Below, in pieces: positions 10,733-20,910 of a stretch of 64,000 nucleotides of DNA; position 1 is the first letter of the stretch; the number at the start of each line of letters is the position of its first letter. The stretch is taken from positions 864,001-928,000 of the forward strand of contig CAVRVY010000003.1 in the NCBI GenBank assembly GCA_963724765.1, read 5' to 3'. Origin of the DNA: an uncultured delta proteobacterium. GTDB taxonomy: Bacteria > Desulfobacterota > Binatia > Binatales > Binataceae. Under the pieces are notes generated by a model, which saw only the letters and a list, made by a program, of their open reading frames with translations, was not told the DNA's origin and searched no databases. Made by a program: the position numbers and the translations under genes.

Positions 10733-12289
10733 ATGAACTCGTCGCGGACTGCTCCGGCACGCACATTGATGGTGCAGGGCACCGCGTCGTCGGTCGGCAA
10801 AAGCCTGATCGTCGCCGCGCTCTGCCGAATCTTTCATCGCGAGGGGCTGAGCGTCGCGCCGTTCAAGGCGCAGAACATGGCGCTCAACTCATTCGTCACG
10901 CCCGACGGCGGCGAGATCGGACGCGCCCAGGCGGTGCAGGCCGAGGCAGCCGGTCTTGATCCGACGGTCGAGATGAATCCGATTCTGCTGAAGCCCGAGG
11001 GCGGGATGCGCTCGCAGGTGGTCGTGCTCGGCAAGCCGCGTGACCGGATGACCTGGTCCGAATATCAACAGCTCAAGCCCGAGTTCGTCCGGATAATCGC
11101 GGACTCGCTGTCGAGGCTGCGCGCGCGGCACGATCTGATCATAATCGAGGGCGCTGGCTCGCCCGCCGAGGTCAACCTCGCCGCGCAGGATATCGTGAAC
11201 ATGCACGTCGCGGCCGAGGCGGACGCGCCGGTGCTGCTGGTCGGCGATATCGACCGCGGCGGCGTGTTCGCGCATCTCACCGGCACGATGGAATTGCTGG
11301 CGCCGTCCGATCGCGCGCGCGTCGCCGGTTTTCTGATCAACAAATTTCGCGGCGACCCCGCGCTTCTGGCGTCTGGGCTGGAATTCCTGCGCGCGCGCTT
11401 CAAGATTCCCGTGCTCGGCGTGATTCCGTACGTCGAGCGCCTGCGTATCGCCGACGAAGACTCGGTGGCGCTTGAGGATCGCCGCAAGCGGCGTGCGCCG
11501 ATATCCGGTCAGCCCAGCCAGATCGATATCGCGGTCGTAAGGCTGCCGCGCATCTCAAACTATGACGACTTTCTCGCCCTCGAGCACGAAGACGACGTGA
11601 CCGTGCGGTTCGTAGAGGAAGCCGGCGAACTGGCCGGCGCCGACCTCGCGATAATCCCGGGATCGAAAAGCACCGTCGCCGATCTCGGATGGCTTAACGA
11701 AAGCGGGTTCGCGCGCGCGATCGTCGCGCGCGCACACGAGGGCGGTCTAATTGCGGGAATTTGCGGCGGATGCCAGATGCTCGGCGAGCGAATCGAGGAT
11801 CCGTATCGGGTCGAGTCGGACGAGGGCTCGGCGCGCGGCCTCGGCCTGCTGCCGATAATCACGCGGTTCGGAAAAACCAAACTCACCGCACAAGTGAGCG
11901 CGCGGGTCGAGACTCCGTCGATTTTGAGCGGCGCGACGGTCGTCGCAGACGAAATCTCCGCCTACGAGATCCACATGGGAAACGTCGAGCGCGTCGCTGG
12001 AACCGCCCCGCCGTTTCGGATCGTCGAACGCAACGGAGCGCCGGCCGATACGCTCGACGGCGCGATCAACCGCGACGGCACGGTCGCCGGCACGATGCTT
12101 CACGGAATTTTCGAAAACGACGCGCTGCGCGCCGCCTTTCTCGACACGCTGCGCCAGCGCAAGGGACTCGCCGCGAGCGGCGAAACGCGGCCGGTCGCCT
12201 CGCGCGAGGCGGAATACGATCGCCTGGCCGCGGCAGTCGCGGGCAGCGTCGATCTGCCGATGCTGCGAAAGATAGCCAGGCTCGGCTGA
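10733..12289 (+). CDS. cobQ: Cobyric acid synthase
   Basis: QGTASSVGKS, PFKAQNMALNS, EGAGSPAEVNL, DIDRGG, GICGGCQMLG, HGIF. Confidence 0.96.
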   Translation: MNSSRTAPARTLMVQGTASSVGKSLIVAALCRIFHREGLSVAPFKAQNMALNSFVTPDGGEIGRAQAVQAEAAGLDPTVEMNPILLKPEGGMRSQVVVLGKPRDRMTWSEYQQLKPEFVRIIADSLSRLRARHDLIIIEGAGSPAEVNLAAQDIVNMHVAAEADAPVLLVGDIDRGGVFAHLTGTMELLAPSDRARVAGFLINKFRGDPALLASGLEFLRARFKIPVLGVIPYVERLRIADEDSVALEDRRKRRAPISGQPSQIDIAVVRLPRISNYDDFLALEHEDDVTVRFVEEAGELAGADLAIIPGSKSTVADLGWLNESGFARAIVARAHEGGLIAGICGGCQMLGERIEDPYRVESDEGSARGLGLLPIITRFGKTKLTAQVSARVETPSILSGATVVADEISAYEIHMGNVERVAGTAPPFRIVERNGAPADTLDGAINRDGTVAGTMLHGIFENDALRAAFLDTLRQRKGLAASGETRPVASREAEYDRLAAAVAGSVDLPMLRKIARLG

Positions 12290-12346
12290 TCCGGCGATTG
12301 CGCCCCCCTCAAGACATCCGCAGCGCGAAATCCTAGAATTGCCTTC

Positions 12347-13222
12347 ATGGGTGACGACCGTTCAAAACATCCGGACGCGCTCGAGCATAAACCGGAGGCG
12401 CTCGAGCACGAGGCGCCAAACACGCTCGAAGGCTGGAGCGTGCTGCATCAAGTGTTCCGGCTACGGCGCGAAGCGCTCGGCGCGCTCGACGCGGCGCGGC
12501 GCGAACCAATCCTGCGGGAGGCGGCCGGAGCGATCTCCGCGATGGAACGGCGCGATGATGGCGAGAGTGCGCTCTTTTCGATCCTGGGCCACAAGGGCGA
12601 TCTGCTCGCGGTGCATTTCCGCCGGAGCTTCGGCGAACTCGAGCGCGCCCAGGCCGAGGTCGCGGCGCTGGAACTTAGCGCGTTCCTCGAGCAGACCGGA
12701 TCATACGTCTCGATGGTCGAGATCGGATTGTACGAAGCGACGGTCGCGCTGAACGCTCGGCTTGCGGGCGAAGGGCTGCGTCCACATTCGCCCGAGTGGA
12801 AACGGGCGGTGGAGGAAGAGCTTGCCGCGCAGCGCGACAAAATGGGCGCACGCCTGTGGCCCAAAATTCCCGCGCGTCGCTACCTTTGCTTTTACCCGAT
12901 GAACAAGCGGCGCGCCGGCGCCGACAACTGGTATCAGCTTCCGATCGGCGAGCGCCGCCGCCTGATGCATGAACACGGGATGATCGGCCGGCGCTACGCA
13001 GGGCAGGTCACGCAGATAATCTCCGGCTCGGTCGGCTTCGATGATTGGGAGTGGGGCGTCGACCTCTTCGCCGACGATCCGCTGGTCTTCAAGAAGCTGG
13101 TCTACGAGATGCGCTTCGACGAATCGAGCGCGCGCTATGCCGAGTTCGGCCCGTTCATCGTTGCGATCCGGCTCGGCACCGACGATCTGCAAGGGCGCAT
13201 CTTTGGCCGCATCAGCGGCTGA
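12347..13222 (+). CDS. chdC: Coproheme decarboxylase (HemQ/ChdC)
   Basis: TLEGWSVLH, GHKGDL, CFYPMNKRR, EHGMIGRRY, DDWEWGVDLFADD, YEMRFDE.SARYAEFGPF. Confidence 0.88.
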   Translation: MGDDRSKHPDALEHKPEALEHEAPNTLEGWSVLHQVFRLRREALGALDAARREPILREAAGAISAMERRDDGESALFSILGHKGDLLAVHFRRSFGELERAQAEVAALELSAFLEQTGSYVSMVEIGLYEATVALNARLAGEGLRPHSPEWKRAVEEELAAQRDKMGARLWPKIPARRYLCFYPMNKRRAGADNWYQLPIGERRRLMHEHGMIGRRYAGQVTQIISGSVGFDDWEWGVDLFADDPLVFKKLVYEMRFDESSARYAEFGPFIVAIRLGTDDLQGRIFGRISG

Positions 13223-13230
13223 GCGCCGCC

Positions 13231-13279
13231 ATTTCATATTTCACTGTTTCACCTTTCACTGTTTCACGACTGTCTCACA
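13231..13279. repeat. Imperfect tandem TTTCA(C) repeats with 7-8 nt period
   Basis: tttcata tttcactg tttcacc tttcactg tttcac between chdC and the thioesterase. Confidence 0.6.
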
Positions 13280-13356
13280 TGTGCGTCTGCCCGGTGTTAT
13301 ATGCATCGCGGGCGACAGGATCGGATCGCGCGCAACACTCGAGGGAGGGCCACCAG

Positions 13357-13800
13357 ATGACACCGACGGAGTTTGCGCAGCGGCTGAACCGCCTGTACGC
13401 CGGCACCATGATGCAGGACATGGAGATGCTCCATGCGGGCGAGGGGCGCGCGCGCGGGCGGGTCGAGTTCAAGCCTCATCTGCGCCAACTCACCGGGTTG
13501 TTTCATGCTGGAGTGATTATGGGACTCGCCGACACGACGGCGACGGCGGCCGCGATGTGGGAGATTAACTCCGATCTAGCGCCCGATGGCGATTTCCGAC
13601 CGGAGCTTTTTCCGCTCTCGATCCAGGTCTCGGCCAACCTCATCCGCAACACCGGCCGCGGCGCTCTGACCGCCGATGCCGAACTGGTCCATCGCGGGAA
13701 AAGCACGATTGTCGCGGACGTTCGCGTAACCGACGATCAATCGCGGCTGATCGCCAAGGCGACCGTCACGCTGCTGGTGCCGAGATCGCCCGCGCGCTGA
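13357..13800 (+). CDS. PaaI-family thioesterase
   Basis: QLTGLFHAGVIMGLADT, VHRGKST, hot-dog fold length. Confidence 0.85.
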   Translation: MTPTEFAQRLNRLYAGTMMQDMEMLHAGEGRARGRVEFKPHLRQLTGLFHAGVIMGLADTTATAAAMWEINSDLAPDGDFRPELFPLSIQVSANLIRNTGRGALTADAELVHRGKSTIVADVRVTDDQSRLIAKATVTLLVPRSPAR

Positions 13801-13828
13801 GGCGCGGCCAAGCTAGTACGAAAATTTG

Positions 13829-14179
13829 TCAGTTGCGAAACTTGTCGGTCAGGCGCCGCAGGATACCTGCTTGTCCGCCGCCGCTTTGCTCCTTGGACGG
13901 ATCGGCGGCGGGCGTTTTGGCAGCGGACGTCTTGTCAGGAGATGTTTTGGCGGCGGGCTTGAGCGCGGCGAAAAGATCCTCGACTTCGCCGTCGACGGGA
14001 AAGCGGCCGGCCTGGGCCTTGGAAAAGATCACCTGACCGTCGACGAGCACGTCGAACTGCCCGGTTTTGCCGACCTTGATTTCGGCATTCTCGCCGAAAC
14101 GCTCATGGATCGACGCGGCCAGACTGGCCGCGCGAGGCTTGTAGCCTCAAGCGGAGCAATAGAGAATTTCGGTCGCCAT
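13829..14179 (-). CDS. Rdx-family (SelW/SelT/SelH-like) selenoprotein, 116 aa, Sec at codon 11
   Basis: ATG GCG ACC GAA ATT CTC TAT TGC TCC GCT TGA GGC TAC = MATEILYCSA-U-GYKPRA, in frame with GQFDVLVDGQVIFSK..GRFP; GGAG RBS upstream. Confidence 0.9.
14114..14132 (-). promoter_or_regulatory. Putative bacterial SECIS hairpin
   Basis: mRNA CGCGGCCA-GUC-UGGCCGCG begins 14 nt after the UGA (14147-14149); GU in the apical loop. Confidence 0.75.
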
Positions 14180-14228
14180 TCGGATCTCCGTGTCAGTCGG
14201 TCATCTTGGCAGAAGCTTGCACTCGCGA

Positions 14229-14792
14229 TCACTTGCTCTCGGGCAGGTCGACGAACACCGCCGCCGCCACCACCGAGGTCCACAACCCGTCGCGATCGCC
14301 GATCGCCGACTGCGTGGCATTGCGCGTGGTTACGATCTTGTCCGAGACGCGCCAGACGTCCTTGCGCTCGTCGTAGCTGGCGTTGGGATCGAAATCGACG
14401 CCCAGGATCGTCGCTAACATCGTCGCGGCCAGGTCTTCGGCGTAGTCGCCCGTCTTCTGATCGGTCTCGCCGAAGCTGTGATGCTCGGAGAGATAGCCGT
14501 ACTGGCTCGGGTTGGCCGGAATCGCCACGCCGACCGACGCGGCGATGAGGCGATGCGGCTCGTCGGTGGCGTTGTCACTCACCACGGCGAAAACGATCTG
14601 GCCTGGAGTGAGGCGCTTGAGCCCCTCTTGCGGCGTGATCAGTTTGCAGTAGGGCGGAAAGATCGATTGAACGCGAACGAGGTTGTATTCGGCGATGCTG
14701 GCCGAGCGCAGGGCCAGCTCAAAGGAGTTGAGTTTCTCGCGGTGCTTGCCAACCCCCTTGGTCAGAAACACCCCCTTTGGAAAAGGCCCCAT
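14229..14792 (-). CDS. pdaD: Pyruvoyl-dependent arginine decarboxylase
   Basis: SFELALR.A.I..YNLVRVQSIFPP, GYLSEHH, YAEDLAATMLATILG, WTSVVAAAV. Confidence 0.85.
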   Translation of the reverse strand: MGPFPKGVFLTKGVGKHREKLNSFELALRSASIAEYNLVRVQSIFPPYCKLITPQEGLKRLTPGQIVFAVVSDNATDEPHRLIAASVGVAIPANPSQYGYLSEHHSFGETDQKTGDYAEDLAATMLATILGVDFDPNASYDERKDVWRVSDKIVTTRNATQSAIGDRDGLWTSVVAAAVFVDLPESK

Positions 14793-14900
14793 CAACACTC
14801 TCCCTGTTGAGCCCCTTCCCGGCGCGCCGGTATGGGATCACTCAACAAGCGTAGCAGCAAGCGGGCGAGCGATACACAAGGGGGAGGCGGAGGCCGGCCG

Positions 14901-16569
14901 CTAGACCACGTTGACCGGCTGGTATTCGCCAAACACGCGGCGCATCGCGTCCGAAATTTCACCGAGCGTCGCCCAGTTGCGCACCGCGTCGATGATCGCC
15001 GGCATCAGGTTGCCGCCGTCGCGCGCCGCCGCCTCGACGCGATCCAGCACGGCGCTCGCGGCCGCTGCGTTGCGCTCGGCGCGCAGGCGGCCCAGCCGCT
15101 CGCATTGCTTGTGCTCGATCTCGGGATTGACGCGCAGGAGATCGGTCGGCGGCTGTTCGCCGCGTTGTGAACTGGTTGAGTCCGACGATGATCCGCTGTT
15201 TGGATTCGATTTCGCGCTGGTAGAGGTAGGCGGCCGACTGGATTTCGCGCTGCATGTAACCCCGCTCGATCGCCGCCACCGCGCCGCCGAGGTCGTCGAT
15301 CTTGCCCAGGTACTCAAGCGTCTTCTTTTCGAGTTCGCGCGTGAGACTCTCGACGTAGTACGAGCCGCCGAGCGGATCGACGGTATCGGCAACGTCGGAT
15401 TCGTTGGCGATGATCTGCTGGGTGCGCAGCGCCAGCAACGCCGACTGCTCGGTGGGTAGCGCCAGCGCCTCGTCGCGTGAGTTGGTATGGAGCGATTGCG
15501 CGCCGCCCAGCACCGCGGCCAGCGCCTGCAGCGTCACGCGTACCACGTTGTTGTCGACCTGTTGCGCGGTGAGCGTCGAGCCCGCGGTCTGCGCATGGAA
15601 CCGCAGCATCATCGAGCGCTCGTCGGCGGCGCCGAAGCGCTCTTTCATGATTCGCGCCCACAGCCGGCGCGCGGCGCGGAATTTGGCGATCTCCTCGAAG
15701 AAATTGTTGTGCACGTTGAAGAAGAACGAAAGACGGCTCGCGAAAGCGTCGACCTTGAGGTCGGCCTTGAGCGCCGCCTCGACGTAGGCGATGCCGTCGG
15801 CCAGCGTAAACGCCAGCTCCTGGGCCGCGGTCGAGCCGGCTTCGCGAATGTGGTAGCCGGAGATCGAGATCGTGTTCCAGTTGGGAACTTCTCTGGTCGC
15901 GAACGCGAAGATGTCGGTGATGATTCGCATCGAGCCGCGCGGCGGATAGATGTAGGTCCCGCGCGCGACGTACTCCTTGAGCACGTCGTTCTGGATCGTG
16001 CCGTTGAGCTGGTCCCAGCTCACGCCGCGCCGCTCGGCCGCCACCAGGTAAAGCGCGAGCAGGATCGACGCGGTCGCGTTGATCGTCATCGAGGTCGAAA
16101 TTTTGTCGAGCGGAAGCTGATCGAGCAGCGTCTCCATGTCGTGGAGCGCGCAGATCGAAACGCCCACGCGGCCGACCTCGCCGCGGGCCAGCAGATGGTC
16201 GGCATCACGGCCCATCTGGGTCGGCAAATCGAAGGCGACCGACAGCCCGGTCTGCCCGTGCTCGAACAGGTAGCGGTAGCGGCGGTTGGACTCCTCGGCG
16301 TTGCCGAAGCCCGCGTACTGGCGCATCGTCCACAGCCGCCCGCGATACATCGTCGGCTGCACGCCGCGGGTGAACGGATACTCGCCCGCGAAGCCGAGAT
16401 CGCGCAGATAGTCGAAGCCGTTTAAGTCAGTGGGATCGTACTCGCGCTCGGCCTCGATGCCGGAGCTGGTGGTGAAATGCTCGCGGCGCTCGCCGCCGCG
16501 CTTGAGCGCCGAAGCGACCTTGCGCTGCTCCCAGTTCTTGCGCTGGTCCCCGATACCGCCGTCGGACAT
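14901..16569 (-). CDS. Methylmalonyl-CoA mutase large (substrate-binding) subunit, frameshift at about 15162-15168
   Basis: [44 protein letters not shown]; C-terminus [17 protein letters not shown] lies in the frame of ORF 14901..15392. Confidence 0.9.
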
Positions 16570-16590
16570 GACTGTGGCCTCCGGTCCCGG

Positions 16591-17091
16591 CTACTCGATG
16601 ATCGCCAGGACCTCACCCTTCTCGACCGTCTGCCCCGCCGTCACCCGCACCTCGACCACCCGGCCGGCCTTGGGCGTTCTGATTTCGTTCTCCATCTTCA
16701 TCGCTTCGACGGTCAGCACGCCGTGCTCCGCCTCGATCTCGTCGCCCTGCTTCACCAGCACGCTGACAACCCGTCCTGGCATCATCGCCTTGAGCTCGAC
16801 GCGGCCGCTTAGCTGGCGGCCGGCGCTCGCGCGCATCGCGCGCCGTTTCTCGTCGATCAGGTTAACGCGCCATGCGCCGGCGCGCGAAGTGACGATCAGC
16901 TCTTCACCCTCGGGCGTGACGTCGAAATCAAACGAACGATTCCCGATCAGCACCGAAAACGAACCGGGGCCGACGCGCCGGAGATCCAACTCGAAGCGTT
17001 GCTCGCCAAGCCGCACGGCGCAGGCGTTCGCGTCGAGTTCCTCGAAATCGAATTCGTGCTCAGTGTCCTGCAACGTGGCCAGGTAGCGCAT
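16591..17091 (-). CDS. Biotin carboxyl carrier protein
   Basis: EAMKMENE biotinylation motif. Confidence 0.93.
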   Translation of the reverse strand: MRYLATLQDTEHEFDFEELDANACAVRLGEQRFELDLRRVGPGSFSVLIGNRSFDFDVTPEGEELIVTSRAGAWRVNLIDEKRRAMRASAGRQLSGRVELKAMMPGRVVSVLVKQGDEIEAEHGVLTVEAMKMENEIRTPKAGRVVEVRVTAGQTVEKGEVLAIIE

Positions 17092-17100
17092 CGTCCGCCT

Positions 17101-18645
17101 CTAACGCCTCAGCACGTCGAGCCGGCCGAGCGTCTTCCACGCCGAGCCGTCACGCGCCGCGCCGCGTCCTGCGCCGGCAGCCTCGGGTGCGCGACCGTTG
17201 CCAAGATTCTGCGCGGCGGCTGCGACCGCAAGCATCGCGGCGGTGAATTCCTTGTCCTCATCGCGCTTGCCGGGTTTGCCGTCCGCCGCGCCAAGCGATC
17301 TCGGGTGGTACTCCTGCTCGATGAAGTTAGTATCGTAATCGCCGCTGAGGAATACCGGATGCTTCATCAGCCAGCGATGGAAATCGAGGTTGGTGGTAAG
17401 CCCGCCGGTGATCACGAACTCGCCGAGCGCGCGGCGCATCCGTGCGATCGCCTCGGCGCGGTCGCGTCCCCATACCGCGAGTTTCGAGATCATCGGATCG
17501 TAAAAGACCGGGACTTCAGCGCCCGCGTATACGCCGGCGTCGTTGCGTACGCCGGGCCCGCTTGGCCATCGCAGCGTGTCGATCCGGCCCGGCGCGGGCA
17601 CGAACCCAGCCGCGGGATCTTCGGCATAGATGCGGCATTCGACCGCCCATCCGCGCTGGTTCAAATCCTGCTGGCTAAAGGGCAGCGGCACGCCGGCCGC
17701 GACTTCGATTTGCGCCTTGACCAGGTCCACCCCGGTAACCATCTCGGTTATCGCGTGCTCGACCTGGATGCGCGTGTTCATCTCGAGGAAATAGAAATTG
17801 CGATCGGCGTCGGCGAGGAACTCGATCGTGCCCGCGCCGCAGTAGCCGACCGCCTGCGCCGCCTTGATCGCGACCTCGCCCATCGCGCGGCGCATCGCGG
17901 GCGTGATGAAGGGCGAAGGCGACTCCTCGACCACCTTCTGATGACGACGCTGAATGGAGCATTCGCGCTCGAACACATGAACGGTTTTGCCCTTCTGGTC
18001 GGCGAAGACCTGGAACTCGATGTGACGCGGGCGGCTGAGATACTTCTCGACGTAGAGCCGCGCGTCGCCGAAAGACGATTTCGCCTCACCTCCAACCGCG
18101 CGGATCGCGGAGGCCAGTTCGGATTCCTTCTCGACGAAGCGCAGGCCCTTGCCGCCGCCGCCGGCCGCCGCCTTGAGCATGATCGGATAACCGATTTTCG
18201 CCGCGGACGCGCGCACCTCGGCCTCTCCCGCGAGCGTTCCCGGCGAGCCCGGCACCACCGGCACCCCCGCCGCCGCCATCGCCTTGCGCGCCTCGACCTT
18301 GTCGCCCATCGCTTTGATCGCCTCGGGCGACGGGCCGATAAAGACGAGGCCGGCCTCCGCGACGACGCGCGCGAAGCCGGCATTCTCGGAGAAGAAGCCA
18401 TAGCCGGGATGAACCGCCTCGGCGCCGGTCTTTTTGGCGGCGTCGAGAATCCGTTCGGTCTTGAGGTAGCTCTCGGAGGCTGGCGAAGGTCCGACGGCGA
18501 CCGCGTAGTCAGCCTCGCGCACGTGCAGCGCGGCGCGGTCGGCCTCTGAATAGATCGCGACCGACTCAACGCCCAGGTCGCGGCAGGCGCGGATCACACG
18601 CACAGCTATCTCGCCGCGATTCGCTATCAGGATGCGCTTGAACAT
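17101..18645 (-). CDS. Biotin carboxylase subunit of acyl-CoA carboxylase
   Basis: ILIANRGEIA, HPGYGFFSEN, ERECSIQRRHQK, EMNTRIQVEH, YDPMISKL. Confidence 0.95.
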   Translation of the reverse strand: MFKRILIANRGEIAVRVIRACRDLGVESVAIYSEADRAALHVREADYAVAVGPSPASESYLKTERILDAAKKTGAEAVHPGYGFFSENAGFARVVAEAGLVFIGPSPEAIKAMGDKVEARKAMAAAGVPVVPGSPGTLAGEAEVRASAAKIGYPIMLKAAAGGGGKGLRFVEKESELASAIRAVGGEAKSSFGDARLYVEKYLSRPRHIEFQVFADQKGKTVHVFERECSIQRRHQKVVEESPSPFITPAMRRAMGEVAIKAAQAVGYCGAGTIEFLADADRNFYFLEMNTRIQVEHAITEMVTGVDLVKAQIEVAAGVPLPFSQQDLNQRGWAVECRIYAEDPAAGFVPAPGRIDTLRWPSGPGVRNDAGVYAGAEVPVFYDPMISKLAVWGRDRAEAIARMRRALGEFVITGGLTTNLDFHRWLMKHPVFLSGDYDTNFIEQEYHPRSLGAADGKPGKRDEDKEFTAAMLAVAAAAQNLGNGRAPEAAGAGRGAARDGSAWKTLGRLDVLRR

Positions 18646-18781
18646 CGTCTACGCTATTAACCGACGCGCCCGCAGATCGGCGAGCGGACGGCGCTAATAA
18701 AGTTTATCGCGTTCGCCGCCGCGCAGGCGAGAGCGGATGCGGGCGGTGCCGGGGCCGCCGCTTCGACGCATCGCACCCTGT

Positions 18782-20332
18782 TCACAGCGGGATATTGCCG
18801 TGTTTGCGCGGCGGATTGCGATCGCGCTTGTTCTCGAGCGCCCTGAGCGCCGCGATCAGCCGCGGGCGCGTGTCGCGCGGCATCAGCACTTCGTCGATGT
18901 AACCCAGCTCGGCGGCCTTGAACGGGTTGGCGAAAGTTTTGCGGTACTCTTCGACCAGCCGCGCCTTCTCGGCCACGGGATCCTTGGCCTGCTCGATCTG
19001 GTTGCGGAACACGATATTGACCGCGCCGTCGGGACCCATCACCGCGATCTCGGCGGTCGGATAGGCAAAGTTGAAATCGCCGCGGATGTGCTTGGAGGAC
19101 ATCACGTCGTACGCGCCGCCGTAGGCCTTGCGCGTGATCACCGTGACCTTGGGCACCGTGGCCTCGCAGTAGGCGTAGAGCAGCTTGGCGCCGTGACGAA
19201 TGATCCCGCCGAACTCCTGGGTGGTGCCGGGCAGGAAGCCCGGGACGTCGACGAAGGTCACCAGCGGAATATTAAACGCGTCGCAAAAGCGGACGAAGCG
19301 CGCGGCCTTGACCGAAGCGTCGATGTCGAGGCATCCGGCGAGGTAGGCGGGCTGATTGGCGACCACACCCACCGAAGCGCCGCCGAGGCGCGCGAAACCG
19401 ATCACGATGTTTTGCGCGAAATCCTTTTGCAGCTCCATGAGCTGACCGCCGTCGACCACGCGATGGATTATGTCGCGGATATCGTAAGGCTTGTTCGCGT
19501 TCTCGGGGACGATCGAATCGAGCGCCTCGTCGCGTCGATCACCCGGGTCGGGGGTGGCCGCGAACGGCGCATCCTCGGCGTTGTTAAGCGGCATGTAGGC
19601 GAGCAGATCGCGGACCGCGAGCAGCGCTCCCTGGTCGTCAGCCGCTTCCAGATGGCAAACGCCCGAGCGCATCGAATGCGTGTCGGCGCCGCCCAAGTCC
19701 TGCATCGAGACTTCCTCGTGCGTGGTCGCCTTGATGACGTCGGGGCCGGTGATGAACATGTACGAGGTGTCACGCACCATCACGACGAAGTCGGTCATCG
19801 CGGGCGAATACACCGCGCCGCCGGCGCAGGGGCCCATGATGCAGGAAATCTGCGGCACGACGCCCGAGGCCATCACGTTGCGCAAGAAGATGTCGGCATA
19901 GCCGGCCAGCGACACCACGCCCTCCTGGATGCGCGCGCCGCCCGAATCGTTAAGCCCGATCACCGGGCATCCGGTCTTCATCGCCAGGTCCATCACCTTG
20001 CAGACCTTCTCGGCGAACGCGCCCGAGAGGCTACCGCCGAAAACCGTGAAGTCCTGTGAGAAGACGCAGACCTGGCGCCCCTCGACAGTGCCGTAACCGG
20101 TGACCACGCCGTCGCCCGGGATGCGCCGCTGGTCCATCCCGAAATCATCGCAGCGATGGGTCTTGAACTTGTCGAGTTCGACGAAGGAGCCGCGGTCGAG
20201 CAAGAATTCGACGCGCTCGCGCGCGGTCAGGCGTCCCGACTCGCGCTGGCGGCGCTGCCGATCCTCGCCGCCGCCCAGCTCCGCTTGGCGCGAAAGCTCG
20301 CGCATCCGTTCGAGATTTTCCTTAACGCTCAT
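18782..20332 (-). CDS. pccB: Propionyl-CoA carboxylase beta (carboxyltransferase) subunit
   Basis: [53 protein letters not shown]. Confidence 0.92.
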   Translation of the reverse strand: MSVKENLERMRELSRQAELGGGEDRQRRQRESGRLTARERVEFLLDRGSFVELDKFKTHRCDDFGMDQRRIPGDGVVTGYGTVEGRQVCVFSQDFTVFGGSLSGAFAEKVCKVMDLAMKTGCPVIGLNDSGGARIQEGVVSLAGYADIFLRNVMASGVVPQISCIMGPCAGGAVYSPAMTDFVVMVRDTSYMFITGPDVIKATTHEEVSMQDLGGADTHSMRSGVCHLEAADDQGALLAVRDLLAYMPLNNAEDAPFAATPDPGDRRDEALDSIVPENANKPYDIRDIIHRVVDGGQLMELQKDFAQNIVIGFARLGGASVGVVANQPAYLAGCLDIDASVKAARFVRFCDAFNIPLVTFVDVPGFLPGTTQEFGGIIRHGAKLLYAYCEATVPKVTVITRKAYGGAYDVMSSKHIRGDFNFAYPTAEIAVMGPDGAVNIVFRNQIEQAKDPVAEKARLVEEYRKTFANPFKAAELGYIDEVLMPRDTRPRLIAALRALENKRDRNPPRKHGNIPL

Positions 20333-20558
20333 CACCAAATCCCGGCCAAATTCCGCGCGAACCAACACTATCAATCTCGCGCAAGCGAGCATGATATGGT
20401 GCGCTGGCCGCGGCGCGCAAGCGGATTTGGCGCGTCTTCAGCGGCGGCCCGCGGTCGTGCGGGGACGCAAGCGGCGTCTTTGCGGCCTCGCGCGCGCGTA
20501 TCATAATGAGGCGACTTTCAGCGGGAAAAGGGCGGGCGCAGCAGTGATTGACGACACG

Positions 20559-20900
20559 ATGGCGGAGCGGATGGTGGCGTGCGGATGGATCGCGGCGGGC
20601 GCCGCGAGCGTGTTCATGGTCGCCCTCGGATTCATGGTTGGAGGCGGCCCGATAATGTGGGTGTATCTCGGCGGCGCCGCCATTCTGTTTGCGCTCGCCT
20701 ACGGGATTTACCGGCGGAGCCGCGTCTGCGCGGTGCTTGTGTTGGTCAACCATTTTTTGGGAGTCGCAGGCCTCTTTGCTCGCGTGCGCGAGGTACCGCC
20801 AATCGAGATAGCGGTTACCCTCGTGCTCGGCGTGCTCTACGTGCTTGGTGTGATCGGCACGTTCGTGCATCATGCGCGCCGACGCCCCGCGGCGGCGTAG
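20559..20900 (+). CDS. Hypothetical membrane protein (about 4 TM)
   Basis: Four hydrophobic segments, LAYGIYRRSRVCAV. Confidence 0.65.
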   Translation: MAERMVACGWIAAGAASVFMVALGFMVGGGPIMWVYLGGAAILFALAYGIYRRSRVCAVLVLVNHFLGVAGLFARVREVPPIEIAVTLVLGVLYVLGVIGTFVHHARRRPAAA

Positions 20901-20910
20901 CCCGCGGCGC

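Noticed and set aside
13829-14050. 73-aa ORF as a complete gene
   Set aside because: It is the 3' part of the UGA-containing selenoprotein that starts at 14179
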